A DNA stretch of 64,000 bases from an uncultured virus (IMG/VR IMGVR_UViG_3300033463_000107) (Duplodnaviria > Heunggongvirae > Uroviricota > Caudoviricetes). The stretch lies in IMG/VR virus record IMGVR_UViG_3300033463_000107, one strand, 5' to 3'. A model generated the notes under the pieces. The model saw nothing but the letters and a program-made list of their open reading frames with translations. It did no database searches and was not told the origin of the DNA. Every line of letters begins with the position of its first letter. The stretch's first letter is position 1. Made by a program: the position numbers and the translations under genes. Positions 56,609 through 64,000 of the stretch are shown here, piece by piece.

Positions 56609-56962
56609 TCAGGTGGTACCGGTGGCACCGGTAGCGCCCTGCGCACCGATGTTGGTCCGGAACACGATTCCGGGCAGCGCCGCATACAGGTCGGCAACAT
56701 AGCTTACGCCGCTGTGGGACTGGGCCTTCGTCGCATCAATAATGCCCTGCACAACCGCAGCACCGTTCGGGTTCGCGGTAGGATCCACGTCGTACAGCAG
56801 TACGCCGATGGCATCCGCACCGGTGGTGGATGCGCCAGCCGCCGTAATGGGGGTACCAGCCTTCATCAGGCTTTCACCCGCGACCTTCACAGGAATGGCC
56901 TGGAAGTCGTTGCTGGCAAGAATTTCAATCGTTCCAGCATAAGCAGTCTTGGCAAACTTCAT
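56609..56962 (-). CDS. head decoration protein with C-terminal collagen-like GAQGATGATGTT
   Basis: KAGTPI...AIGVLLYDVD...A.VV.G.I; between scaffold and major capsid genes. Confidence 0.75.
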   Translation of the reverse strand: MKFAKTAYAGTIEILASNDFQAIPVKVAGESLMKAGTPITAAGASTTGADAIGVLLYDVDPTANPNGAAVVQGIIDATKAQSHSGVSYVADLYAALPGIVFRTNIGAQGATGATGTT

Positions 56963-57025
56963 ACCTTTCTCTCCTTTCACAAGTGTGAATATATTTCCTA
57001 TCGGTCAGACTGACCGATTTCAGTC

Positions 57026-57718
57026 TCACCGTACATAGGCATTGATGGCTTTCTGAGCCTGTTCGTTTACGACACCCTGTTTCTTGCCGAATTCAATCGC
57101 TCTGGCTACGCCCTGTGCTTCCGGACTGTTACTGTCCGCCCCCGCGCCGGGTCCGGTGATCTTTCCGAACTCCTTCCGCAGTGCGGCTTCCCTCGCCTGC
57201 CACGATTTCTGAATCTCCAGCAGGGCGTTGTCAATGTCCGCAGCGCCGTACAGATGATCCGCAAGATTTCCGGCGGCGGTTTCGTCCAGCCCAAGTTTCC
57301 CCATGACCGACTTAACCGTCTCGCCCTTCGCCACTTTCCGGCGAAGTTCTTCCAGTTCCTGCGCCTGTTTCTCGTCCGCTTCCTTCTTTTCGTTCGCGGC
57401 AATCTCTTCAGCAGTCTGTTTTGCACGAAGTTCTTTCCGGTACTTTCCGGCTTCGGATGTCGCAGCATCCAATGCGGTTTTCTGCTTCGCCATTTCAGCC
57501 TTTAAACGTGCAATTTCGGCTTGCAGGCTTTCGGACGAATCATCCGTCTTTTCCGCTTCTCCACCTGCATTCTCGGCGTTTCCAGCGCTTTCTGCGGCGC
57601 CTTCCGCACCCGCCGAACCTTCGCTACCGGCAGCACCGCCCGTGCCACCACCGCTGTCCTCCGCAAACATTGCGCCGAACTTCGGACTCATCCAGTAACC
57701 ATTACGATTGCGTACCAT
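57026..57718 (-). CDS. capsid scaffolding protein
   Basis: MFAED, Gly/Glu-rich N-terminus, coiled coil. Confidence 0.8.
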   Translation of the reverse strand: MVRNRNGYWMSPKFGAMFAEDSGGGTGGAAGSEGSAGAEGAAESAGNAENAGGEAEKTDDSSESLQAEIARLKAEMAKQKTALDAATSEAGKYRKELRAKQTAEEIAANEKKEADEKQAQELEELRRKVAKGETVKSVMGKLGLDETAAGNLADHLYGAADIDNALLEIQKSWQAREAALRKEFGKITGPGAGADSNSPEAQGVARAIEFGKKQGVVNEQAQKAINAYVR

Positions 57719-57861
57719 AGCTCATACTCCTTTGCGTTTTTTAACGTGCGTCTCTGCACTGTTTTCATTGCGCGCTTTTTTAAGTGGATCTCCCCACTTT
57801 TGCGAAATGTTTTACGTCCCTTCTCTGGGACATCTATCTCAATCGGCTTTCGCCGTTGAAA

Positions 57862-58500
57862 TCACCTGACGGGGACCAGCCAGCACCGGCATCCCCAATG
57901 CGGTTTCGGTGGGACTTCGTCCAATGCAAACACCTTGCCGCCATATGAATGGCACTCATGGCATACGCGCTCGTCCTTCGCCGTCATCCAACGGACTTTC
58001 GGAATATCTTCCGCTTCAAACGCTTCCATCATGGCATAGTCCGTCACGTTGATGGCATACTGTCCGATCTGCCGACTCCAGTACCGCAGCGCCTTGTCAA
58101 TCTCGCTGTTTCTATCGTCCGTTGCTTCCAGCGCTTCTGCCAGCCTGTATACCTTACGTTCCGTTTCCGTGTCGAACCGGTACAGCGTTACCGGATCCGT
58201 TTCCTTCAGAACCTTTAGTACCCATTCTTCCGTAATGACTTTTTCAGCCATTTCATGCGCCGTTTTCGGATCTTCACCGCACAGCGCCATGCCAAGCAGA
58301 TATGCTTCAAATGCGATCTCGTAGTACCGCTTTCTGGCGCGTTTGGCACTCTCTCTGTAGATCGCAGCCACCGTTCGGATGATGTGGACATCGTCCCACT
58401 TCGCCAGTTTCAGACGCCCGAACGCTTCAAGGTTTTCACGGTTCATGGCTTTAATCGCCTTGTCACACGCCGCGTATACGTTCACCTTATCAGCGTCCAA
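57862..58500 (-). CDS. minor head protein (SPP1 gp7/Mu F-like)
   Basis: W.TAKDERVC..C...HWGCRC. Confidence 0.85.
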   Translation of the reverse strand: MDADKVNVYAACDKAIKAMNRENLEAFGRLKLAKWDDVHIIRTVAAIYRESAKRARKRYYEIAFEAYLLGMALCGEDPKTAHEMAEKVITEEWVLKVLKETDPVTLYRFDTETERKVYRLAEALEATDDRNSEIDKALRYWSRQIGQYAINVTDYAMMEAFEAEDIPKVRWMTAKDERVCHECHSYGGKVFALDEVPPKPHWGCRCWLVPVR

Positions 58501-60202
58501 CAGTCATCCCCCCGTATCTTGGCGTACTGCGTCTTGCCTTGTTTGCACAGGCAATGCTGCTGTACTTCTGTTCGGGGTAACTCTTATGGAATCTCTTTCC
58601 GCACACAGGGCAGATCGCCCATTCGCCCTGCTGCGTATCAGGCTCTTCTCCGCTGCTACCGCCTGCGCCTGCGTCTGCCTGAATCCCTTCCGGTGTCTCC
58701 GGATTGACAGTTGCATCTTCTTTCAGCGGCACTTCATCTGACACACCGTTAAGCCGGTCAAGTTCGGCCGCCAGCTTTTCCTGATACCTGTCATATACAA
58801 TCGCGTCCTTTTCAGGATCACGCGACAGATGGCTGAAGGAGAATGCCTGAATGGACGGCATACCGGACGTCCGCAGCATGCTGAACGACTGTGCCTTAAC
58901 CTGCAGGTCTTCGTAACTCTGCCGCCAGAACTTCGGCTCAATGTCGCTGATCTTCAGCCCTGTCAGATCGCCGCCGTCTGAACAGATCTTCAGCACCACC
59001 TTCAGGAAAGTGGTTTCGGCTTCCTTCCACATGCTCTGCGTTTCAAGCATCCGCGCTTCCGCATGCCACCAGCCGTTTTTCATAATGACCGCGCCGTTGT
59101 TACTGCTGTCGCCCGTGTTGCCGTTGCCCTGCGACGGCATGCCGACAATCTGCAGGATTGTCTGGTACATGTCGTTCACCAGCGTCTGCGTCTGGCTTTG
59201 GTCCAACTGCTCGTTCAGGTAGTACAGTTTCCGACCGCCGTTCCCGCCGCTGGGACTGCTCGGCAGCTTAATCGCACCAAGATCCTTCAGTTCAAGGAAG
59301 TCTTCACGGCTGATATCCACACCGTCGAACACCATCAGCGCCTGCACAAACTGTTCGATGCCGTCCATGCGGTTCGATTCCGTCAGGTTGATCGCATCCA
59401 GCAGCGGAACCACCGGCTCAAACGCACCCATGTAGTTCGGATTGCACGGATACTCGATCAGCGTGACCATGCCAAAGTTGTGCTGTTCGCGCTTCGTGAT
59501 CTTCAGTTCCTCGCCAATCCCGCTGATCGTGTACTTCACGTTCGGCGCGTACACCGTGTACTCCACTTCCTGACTCGGCGGGTCTTTGTACACATACGTG
59601 ACGCCCATCAGCACACGCTTCGTCACGTCGCTCCGGCGAACCACAAACGTGTTTTCCGTATCCGGAATGTAGATTTCAAACGGAGCCTCGTCCAGATAGT
59701 CCGTGTTATCGCGCCCACTGTCATGAATCGCCAACCGGTACGCAACACCGCAAGTAAACATCTCGTTCGCCAGCTTCAGGTCCTTCGTCTGCTTGCCTTC
59801 CGAAATCATCATGTCGTTCACAGACGCAACCTTTTCCGGAATCGTTTCATCCCTGTCGCCACGGCTGACATACTGGATCGGTTCACCAGCAAACTCGGAA
59901 GTCTTAAACGTCACAATCTGATTCGCAATATTTACAACAATCTTGTTGTTAATCTCCGAATTGTACTGCTTGTACCGCTGCAGAATCGGCTGTTCGCCAC
60001 GAACATATGCCTTCAGGAACAGTTCTTCCCGCCTGTTCAGCAAATGAATCAGCAACGCTTTGTTCAGTACGTCAATTACATTGGCGTCTGTAATTTCTTC
60101 CACCGCAGAAAAAATCTGCCGACGTCCGCGTAATTCTTTCGCCAAAGCAAGGTTGTCATAGACAGATGATACTTTCACAACGTCCGGTACTTCCGCACCC
60201 AT
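58490..60202 (-). CDS. portal protein (SPP1 gp6-like) with C-terminal Zn-finger-like extension
   Basis: NNKIVVN.A..IV.FK...GEPIQY; LLDAIN...; start reassigned after AAGGAGGTG. Confidence 0.9.
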   Translation of the reverse strand: MGAEVPDVVKVSSVYDNLALAKELRGRRQIFSAVEEITDANVIDVLNKALLIHLLNRREELFLKAYVRGEQPILQRYKQYNSEINNKIVVNIANQIVTFKTSEFAGEPIQYVSRGDRDETIPEKVASVNDMMISEGKQTKDLKLANEMFTCGVAYRLAIHDSGRDNTDYLDEAPFEIYIPDTENTFVVRRSDVTKRVLMGVTYVYKDPPSQEVEYTVYAPNVKYTISGIGEELKITKREQHNFGMVTLIEYPCNPNYMGAFEPVVPLLDAINLTESNRMDGIEQFVQALMVFDGVDISREDFLELKDLGAIKLPSSPSGGNGGRKLYYLNEQLDQSQTQTLVNDMYQTILQIVGMPSQGNGNTGDSSNNGAVIMKNGWWHAEARMLETQSMWKEAETTFLKVVLKICSDGGDLTGLKISDIEPKFWRQSYEDLQVKAQSFSMLRTSGMPSIQAFSFSHLSRDPEKDAIVYDRYQEKLAAELDRLNGVSDEVPLKEDATVNPETPEGIQADAGAGGSSGEEPDTQQGEWAICPVCGKRFHKSYPEQKYSSIACANKARRSTPRYGGMTVGR

Positions 60203-60230
60203 GACCGACACCTCCTTCGGCATTTCAATA

Positions 60231-60381
60231 GAAAAAGACGCTGAACAACGGTTCTTCTCCGCTCTCCAGCGTCTCCCCCTGCTCTGCTGTATCAGGTCCC
60301 CTGCAACCATTTCGTTGGTCGTTAAAGGAACAGAACAGGATTCTTCACACGAATCTTAACAGACATATTGTGGATTGTCAA
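60231..60381 (-). promoter_or_regulatory. portal promoter with leader terminator hairpin
   Basis: TTGACA-17-TAAGAT (60381-60353); hairpin at 60231-60274 with U-tail. Confidence 0.7.
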
Positions 60382-60428
60382 CAGTTTTTGTAATGTTTGT
60401 ACCACATATTGTAATATCTTTGATCAAA

Positions 60429-62078
60429 TCAAAAAGGTCTTGCAATCACCTGCGCTTTTAACCCCGCTAAACTTTCCAAATACAGTACCGCCATTGCCAT
60501 ACCGTCCGCTACGTCATCATGCTTATTTTTCCCTACCATTGTGTACGTCGTCAGCATGCTTAACGCCCTTCCGTAATCAGAATTCGGTCTGTATTTCGAC
60601 GCATCCAGAAACAGGCAGCGTTGCTTCACGGCGGGTGCGTTGACTACGATCTTTGTCTCCTTATTCGCCGTTGTCGGCTTTGTCGTGATCTTCGTCTTTC
60701 CGCCAAGCTGACCAACCCTATCCTGCACTTTTTCAGCTATATGCCACCCAGCACTGTTGCTTTCAAACTGTGCCTGCTGAACCTTATGCTTTACCAGCAT
60801 CTGCGCCAACCGTTCCTCAACCACGCCAGGATCCCCATTGTCGCATACGCAGTCCGCTATGTAGCAATCATTTCCATATAGATACATTACAGGCATGAAC
60901 GCATAGTCGCTGCCCTTTGCTTTCGTGTCGCACACAGCCACAACTGCGTCAGGCGTTCGCTGCGGAAGCTCAAAGAACCGTCGCAGTTCGTCCGGATGGT
61001 ACAGCTGACCCTCGCGCTCTATCGGCATGTTCATGTACAGCGCGCGCCAGTCCGTATCATCCATCGTGTCACGTAGGTTTTTGTACCGTTCCGTCGTGAA
61101 CCTGTCCTCTATCATCGGATAGTCAAAGTTGCTTTCGTCGTTTTCGTTCAGCGCCGGTATCGCAATAAACTTTTCCTTTCCTGTCGGGTAGTCCATCGCG
61201 TTCCGTTCCAGACGTCCAATCACATCCCACACACTCCAGCGGGTCGCTATGTGCAGTTCTGGCGGATCCCCGCTGGTCCGCTGTCGCAGGTCTGTGCTGT
61301 ATGTCCGCCACAGCTTGTCCATCCGTTCCTTGCTTAACGCTTCCTCGATCCCGCTGCACAGGTCGTCGCAGTACAGCAGCTCACTGGCACGATACTTACC
61401 AGCGTTCCCTGCACCTACAGAACTGAACTGGAATGTCTCAAACCTTTTACTCTTCCCAAGGTCAATCCGCAGTTCCTTCGCATTCGTCCCTACCAGCGGA
61501 CTTTCCGTGTCCGGAAACACGTCCCTGTACAGATACTCCCCGTCCTTCCCTATGATCCGCAGCACTTCGTCATAAAACCCGCGCACAATCCCGCTGTCAT
61601 GCGAGAATGTCAGTATCGCCTTTTCCGGATGCTTCCCGCCTAACCATGTGATAAAAAAGATCGCCAGCGTACTTTTCCCCACGCCAGGCGGCAAACTGAT
61701 CGCCAGCAATTTCAGTTCCCCAGACTCCAGCCGCTGCAGATCTGCGGCCACTGTCCCCAGTATTTTACGTCGCGGCAGGTAAAATCTCCGCTTCGGTTCC
61801 CTGTCACGCTCTATGTACTGGCAATATGCGTCGAAGTCAACCTTTGCGTCTGTCAGCAGGCTTTTATAGTACGTGTCGTTCAGGCTCTCTATCGCACGAA
61901 AGTTCCCGCTCCGCCGCATTGCACCGCTTATCTTCTTCCGAAGATCCTTGTTCGCTGCATGCAGCTCTAAACGTCCGTTACAGATCTCTCCGTAATAAAT
62001 CGCCACGGCGTCCCTGTATACCAACGGATCGTCCGGATGCGCTTCAATACTTTTCCTTACAAGTTCCGTTACATCCAT
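60429..62078 (-). CDS. terL: terminase large subunit
   Basis: Walker A PPGVGKS, Walker B LLYCDD, TRW motif, nuclease residues CDT...GSD...HDDVAD. Confidence 0.92.
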   Translation of the reverse strand: MDVTELVRKSIEAHPDDPLVYRDAVAIYYGEICNGRLELHAANKDLRKKISGAMRRSGNFRAIESLNDTYYKSLLTDAKVDFDAYCQYIERDREPKRRFYLPRRKILGTVAADLQRLESGELKLLAISLPPGVGKSTLAIFFITWLGGKHPEKAILTFSHDSGIVRGFYDEVLRIIGKDGEYLYRDVFPDTESPLVGTNAKELRIDLGKSKRFETFQFSSVGAGNAGKYRASELLYCDDLCSGIEEALSKERMDKLWRTYSTDLRQRTSGDPPELHIATRWSVWDVIGRLERNAMDYPTGKEKFIAIPALNENDESNFDYPMIEDRFTTERYKNLRDTMDDTDWRALYMNMPIEREGQLYHPDELRRFFELPQRTPDAVVAVCDTKAKGSDYAFMPVMYLYGNDCYIADCVCDNGDPGVVEERLAQMLVKHKVQQAQFESNSAGWHIAEKVQDRVGQLGGKTKITTKPTTANKETKIVVNAPAVKQRCLFLDASKYRPNSDYGRALSMLTTYTMVGKNKHDDVADGMAMAVLYLESLAGLKAQVIARPF

Positions 62079-62082
62079 GTCA

Positions 62083-62241
62083 TCACCTCAATATCACCAT
62101 TTCCATGCACGGACAGTCCGAATCACCCAACACTTCAAACTCATTCGTCGATCTGAACAGTCCGTTCTGTACTTCAATGTATATCACGTCATTTTCCGCC
62201 TTGTTCTCCTTAATCCAGTCTATAATTTCCTGCCCTGTCAT
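62083..62241 (-). CDS. small hypothetical protein (MTGQEIIDWIKEN...)
   Basis: Read manually; apparent paralog of 63151-63327. Confidence 0.55.
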   Translation of the reverse strand: MTGQEIIDWIKENKAENDVIYIEVQNGLFRSTNEFEVLGDSDCPCMEMVILR

Positions 62242-62462
62242 CCTTCATACCTCCGTTTCCGCTGGTTCCACATCGCAGCAGCTTCTTCAGGACTGTGGTA
62301 CCACCCACTTTCCGTCCCGCAGCCGCCTTTTCCGTAATCACAAATCACCGCGTACCGGTCCAGAAACAGCTTCACACCATCCGCCTTGTACAGCCGTATG
62401 TTCACGTTCGGATTGCCGCAGAACGGACACTTCTTCAGCTTAACCTTCCCCGCTTCCTTCAT
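62238..62462 (-). CDS. Lar-family restriction alleviation-like protein
   Basis: LKKCPFCG...C...CG...EAAAMWNQR. Confidence 0.7.
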   Translation of the reverse strand: MKEAGKVKLKKCPFCGNPNVNIRLYKADGVKLFLDRYAVICDYGKGGCGTESGWYHSPEEAAAMWNQRKRRYEG

Positions 62463-62625
62463 CACCGTCACCTTCTTCCAGCGCAATCCAGTACTCTATC
62501 TCCGCACCACAGTTCGCGCAGTGACAGCAATGCACTATACCTTCACCTTCACGCCCCATGTCCTCAAACGTAAAGTCACCATCCCATATCACCTTTCTCT
62601 CGCCACAATGAAAACATTCGTACAT
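62440..62625 (-). CDS. small zinc-ribbon protein
   Basis: CFHCG...IWDGDF...CANCGA. Confidence 0.65.
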   Translation of the reverse strand: MYECFHCGERKVIWDGDFTFEDMGREGEGIVHCCHCANCGAEIEYWIALEEGDGDEGSGEG

Positions 62626-62696
62626 GCCCACGCCCTCCTTTATAAAATAAAAGCGGGAACAAGCCTTTTCGGCTCGTCCCCGCAATTCTGCGTCTC

Positions 62697-63158
62697 TTAT
62701 CCGCGTAGGTTGTTCGTTCCAAATAACCGCGTCATTTCAGACTCCGGTTCGTTTTCCCTGCGCACAGTTCGTCTCTTCCCCAGCTGCCGCAGGTACTCTT
62801 CCTTGTATGCCTTCCTGTACGCTTCGTTCGCTTTCGCCCTGCGTACAATCTCTTCCTTCCGTACTTCAGCTTCTACTTCCGCACGTATCCGACGCCGCTC
62901 TTCTTCAGGATCTACCATGTATACCGTGTGCTGCCTGTACACATGCTCCCTGTGCGTCGCGTTCACACCGTCCGGTCCGCCTTTCGCCCAGTAATCACGC
63001 CGTCGTACCCACGCCTTGTTCGTCTGTACAGACTCACTGTGCAGCACCCATACAAGCACTATCAATCCTACACAAATCCACGCTGGCGTCGATTCCCCAT
63101 TACTAAAGAAACAATACGCTACAAACAACAACAGTAACGATACAATGGCACTAATCAC
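62697..63158 (-). CDS. membrane protein (two N-terminal TM segments)
   Basis: Hydrophobic N-terminus, charged C-terminus. Confidence 0.6.
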   Translation of the reverse strand: MISAIVSLLLLFVAYCFFSNGESTPAWICVGLIVLVWVLHSESVQTNKAWVRRRDYWAKGGPDGVNATHREHVYRQHTVYMVDPEEERRRIRAEVEAEVRKEEIVRRAKANEAYRKAYKEEYLRQLGKRRTVRRENEPESEMTRLFGTNNLRG

Positions 63159-63327
63159 CCTTCATCACCGCGTCATCCTCTACTTCAATCATGATGGCCC
63201 CTCCTTCTGACTCACCTTCCCATACTTCCTTCGCTTTCATGTAATGATGACCACTGTCTACCGCAATTACTACATGTTCTCCCGCATTGTTCTCCTCAAT
63301 CCACTTTACAAGTTCGTTTCCTTTCAT
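63151..63327 (-). CDS. small hypothetical protein (MKGNELVKWIEEN...)
   Basis: Read manually; AAGGG RBS. Confidence 0.5.
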   Translation of the reverse strand: MKGNELVKWIEENNAGEHVVIAVDSGHHYMKAKEVWEGESEGGAIMIEVEDDAVMKGD

Positions 63328-63355
63328 CTAAAACCCTTCTTTCTTCTTTCCTTCG

Positions 63356-63934
63356 TTAAGCACTTACTTTCGCCCTGTTGTACCACGTCTGCTTGCTGAT
63401 CCCAAGTTCAGCACAGCACTCTAACACCGTCTTCTCACCTTGCCTGTTCTTCGCTACAAGTTCTTCATATAATCTTTCATCCAGTTCCTTCGTTCGCCGC
63501 CCTTCCTTGTATTCTGGATTGCTTTCCTTCGCTATCGCTTTCCCCATCATCGTCCTCTCTACTATCATGTCCCGCTCAAACTCCGCAAACGCAAGCAGCA
63601 TCGTTACCATCAGACGCCCCGTCGGCGTGTCGTCTATCAACCCCATGTTCAGTATGTGTACCGACACCCCACGCCCTAACAGCTCACGTATCGTCGCTAT
63701 CCCACCTGCCGTCGTCCGAGCAAACCTGTCCAGCTTCGCTACCACCAGCCTGTCACCTTCCCGTAACCGACCTATCAGTTCCGTAAACGCCGGTCGGTCC
63801 ATTCGCGTTCCAGTACAGCTTTCCTTATAAATTACTTCACACCCAGCATTCCGTAACTGCTGCTCCTGACTTTCTATACTGTTCCCGTCACGAGCCTGCC
63901 CCTTCGTGCTTACACGCGCATATCCGTAAATCAT
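63356..63934 (-). CDS. serine resolvase/invertase
   Basis: YGYARVST...Q...DRP...KLDRFAR...AEFER..I.ERT; C-terminal HTH. Confidence 0.92.
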   Translation of the reverse strand: MIYGYARVSTKGQARDGNSIESQEQQLRNAGCEVIYKESCTGTRMDRPAFTELIGRLREGDRLVVAKLDRFARTTAGGIATIRELLGRGVSVHILNMGLIDDTPTGRLMVTMLLAFAEFERDMIVERTMMGKAIAKESNPEYKEGRRTKELDERLYEELVAKNRQGEKTVLECCAELGISKQTWYNRAKVSA

Positions 63935-64000
63935 CGTAACCACCCCGTACGTTCCACTTCATTCTATCTCTATCCATTCTTCGTTCATCCGCGTGTCAGA

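Noticed and set aside
39471..60133. Long + strand ORFs (39471-40760, 42320-43558, 54477-55892, 59063-60133)
   Set aside because: Antisense shadows of GC-rich structural genes, with no recognisable motifs.
62083..64000. Terminase small subunit upstream of terL
   Set aside because: None of the small ORFs here has a recognisable TerS pattern; it may lie outside the window.

Overview
The window is most of a temperate siphovirus-type phage genome, probably infecting a Clostridia/Bacillota host (inferred from gene families and sigma-A promoter/RBS style). It is in the excised or permuted state: attP, the 3' half of a tRNA-Ser(GCT) with arm repeats, lies internally at about 24.4-24.65 kb with phage genes on both sides. 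Layout: 0.3-22.8 kb is a leftward early/replication region (two DNA methyltransferases, beta clamp, GT8, DUF4338-like protein, second tyrosine recombinase, helicase, resolvase, SSB, RecE-like nuclease, Cro). 23-24.4 kb holds the repressor and integrase. 25-29.7 kb holds a second regulator module and a rightward adhesin-like operon. 29.7-33.9 kb is an uncharacterised operon. 33.9-62 kb holds lysis, tail, head, portal and terminase genes, followed by a serine resolvase at the right end. Main observations: (1) a candidate integron/shufflon-like system, in which a non-integrative tyrosine recombinase sits directly upstream of about 9 kb of small genes whose ends carry a repeated ~20-bp site (ACTTAAA-GGCGGC-A/T-rich); related sites also bracket an AT-rich tail-fibre module. 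(2) A group I intron with a GIY-YIG endonuclease splits an uncharacterised Gly-rich/coiled-coil gene; splicing restores QQCCCENR. (3) A glycosyltransferase lies inside the capsid module, next to a decoration protein with a Thr-rich collagen-like tail. (4) A family of leader terminator hairpins and a genome-wide 16-bp operator-like motif. All functional calls come from reading motifs by eye; no database searches were run.
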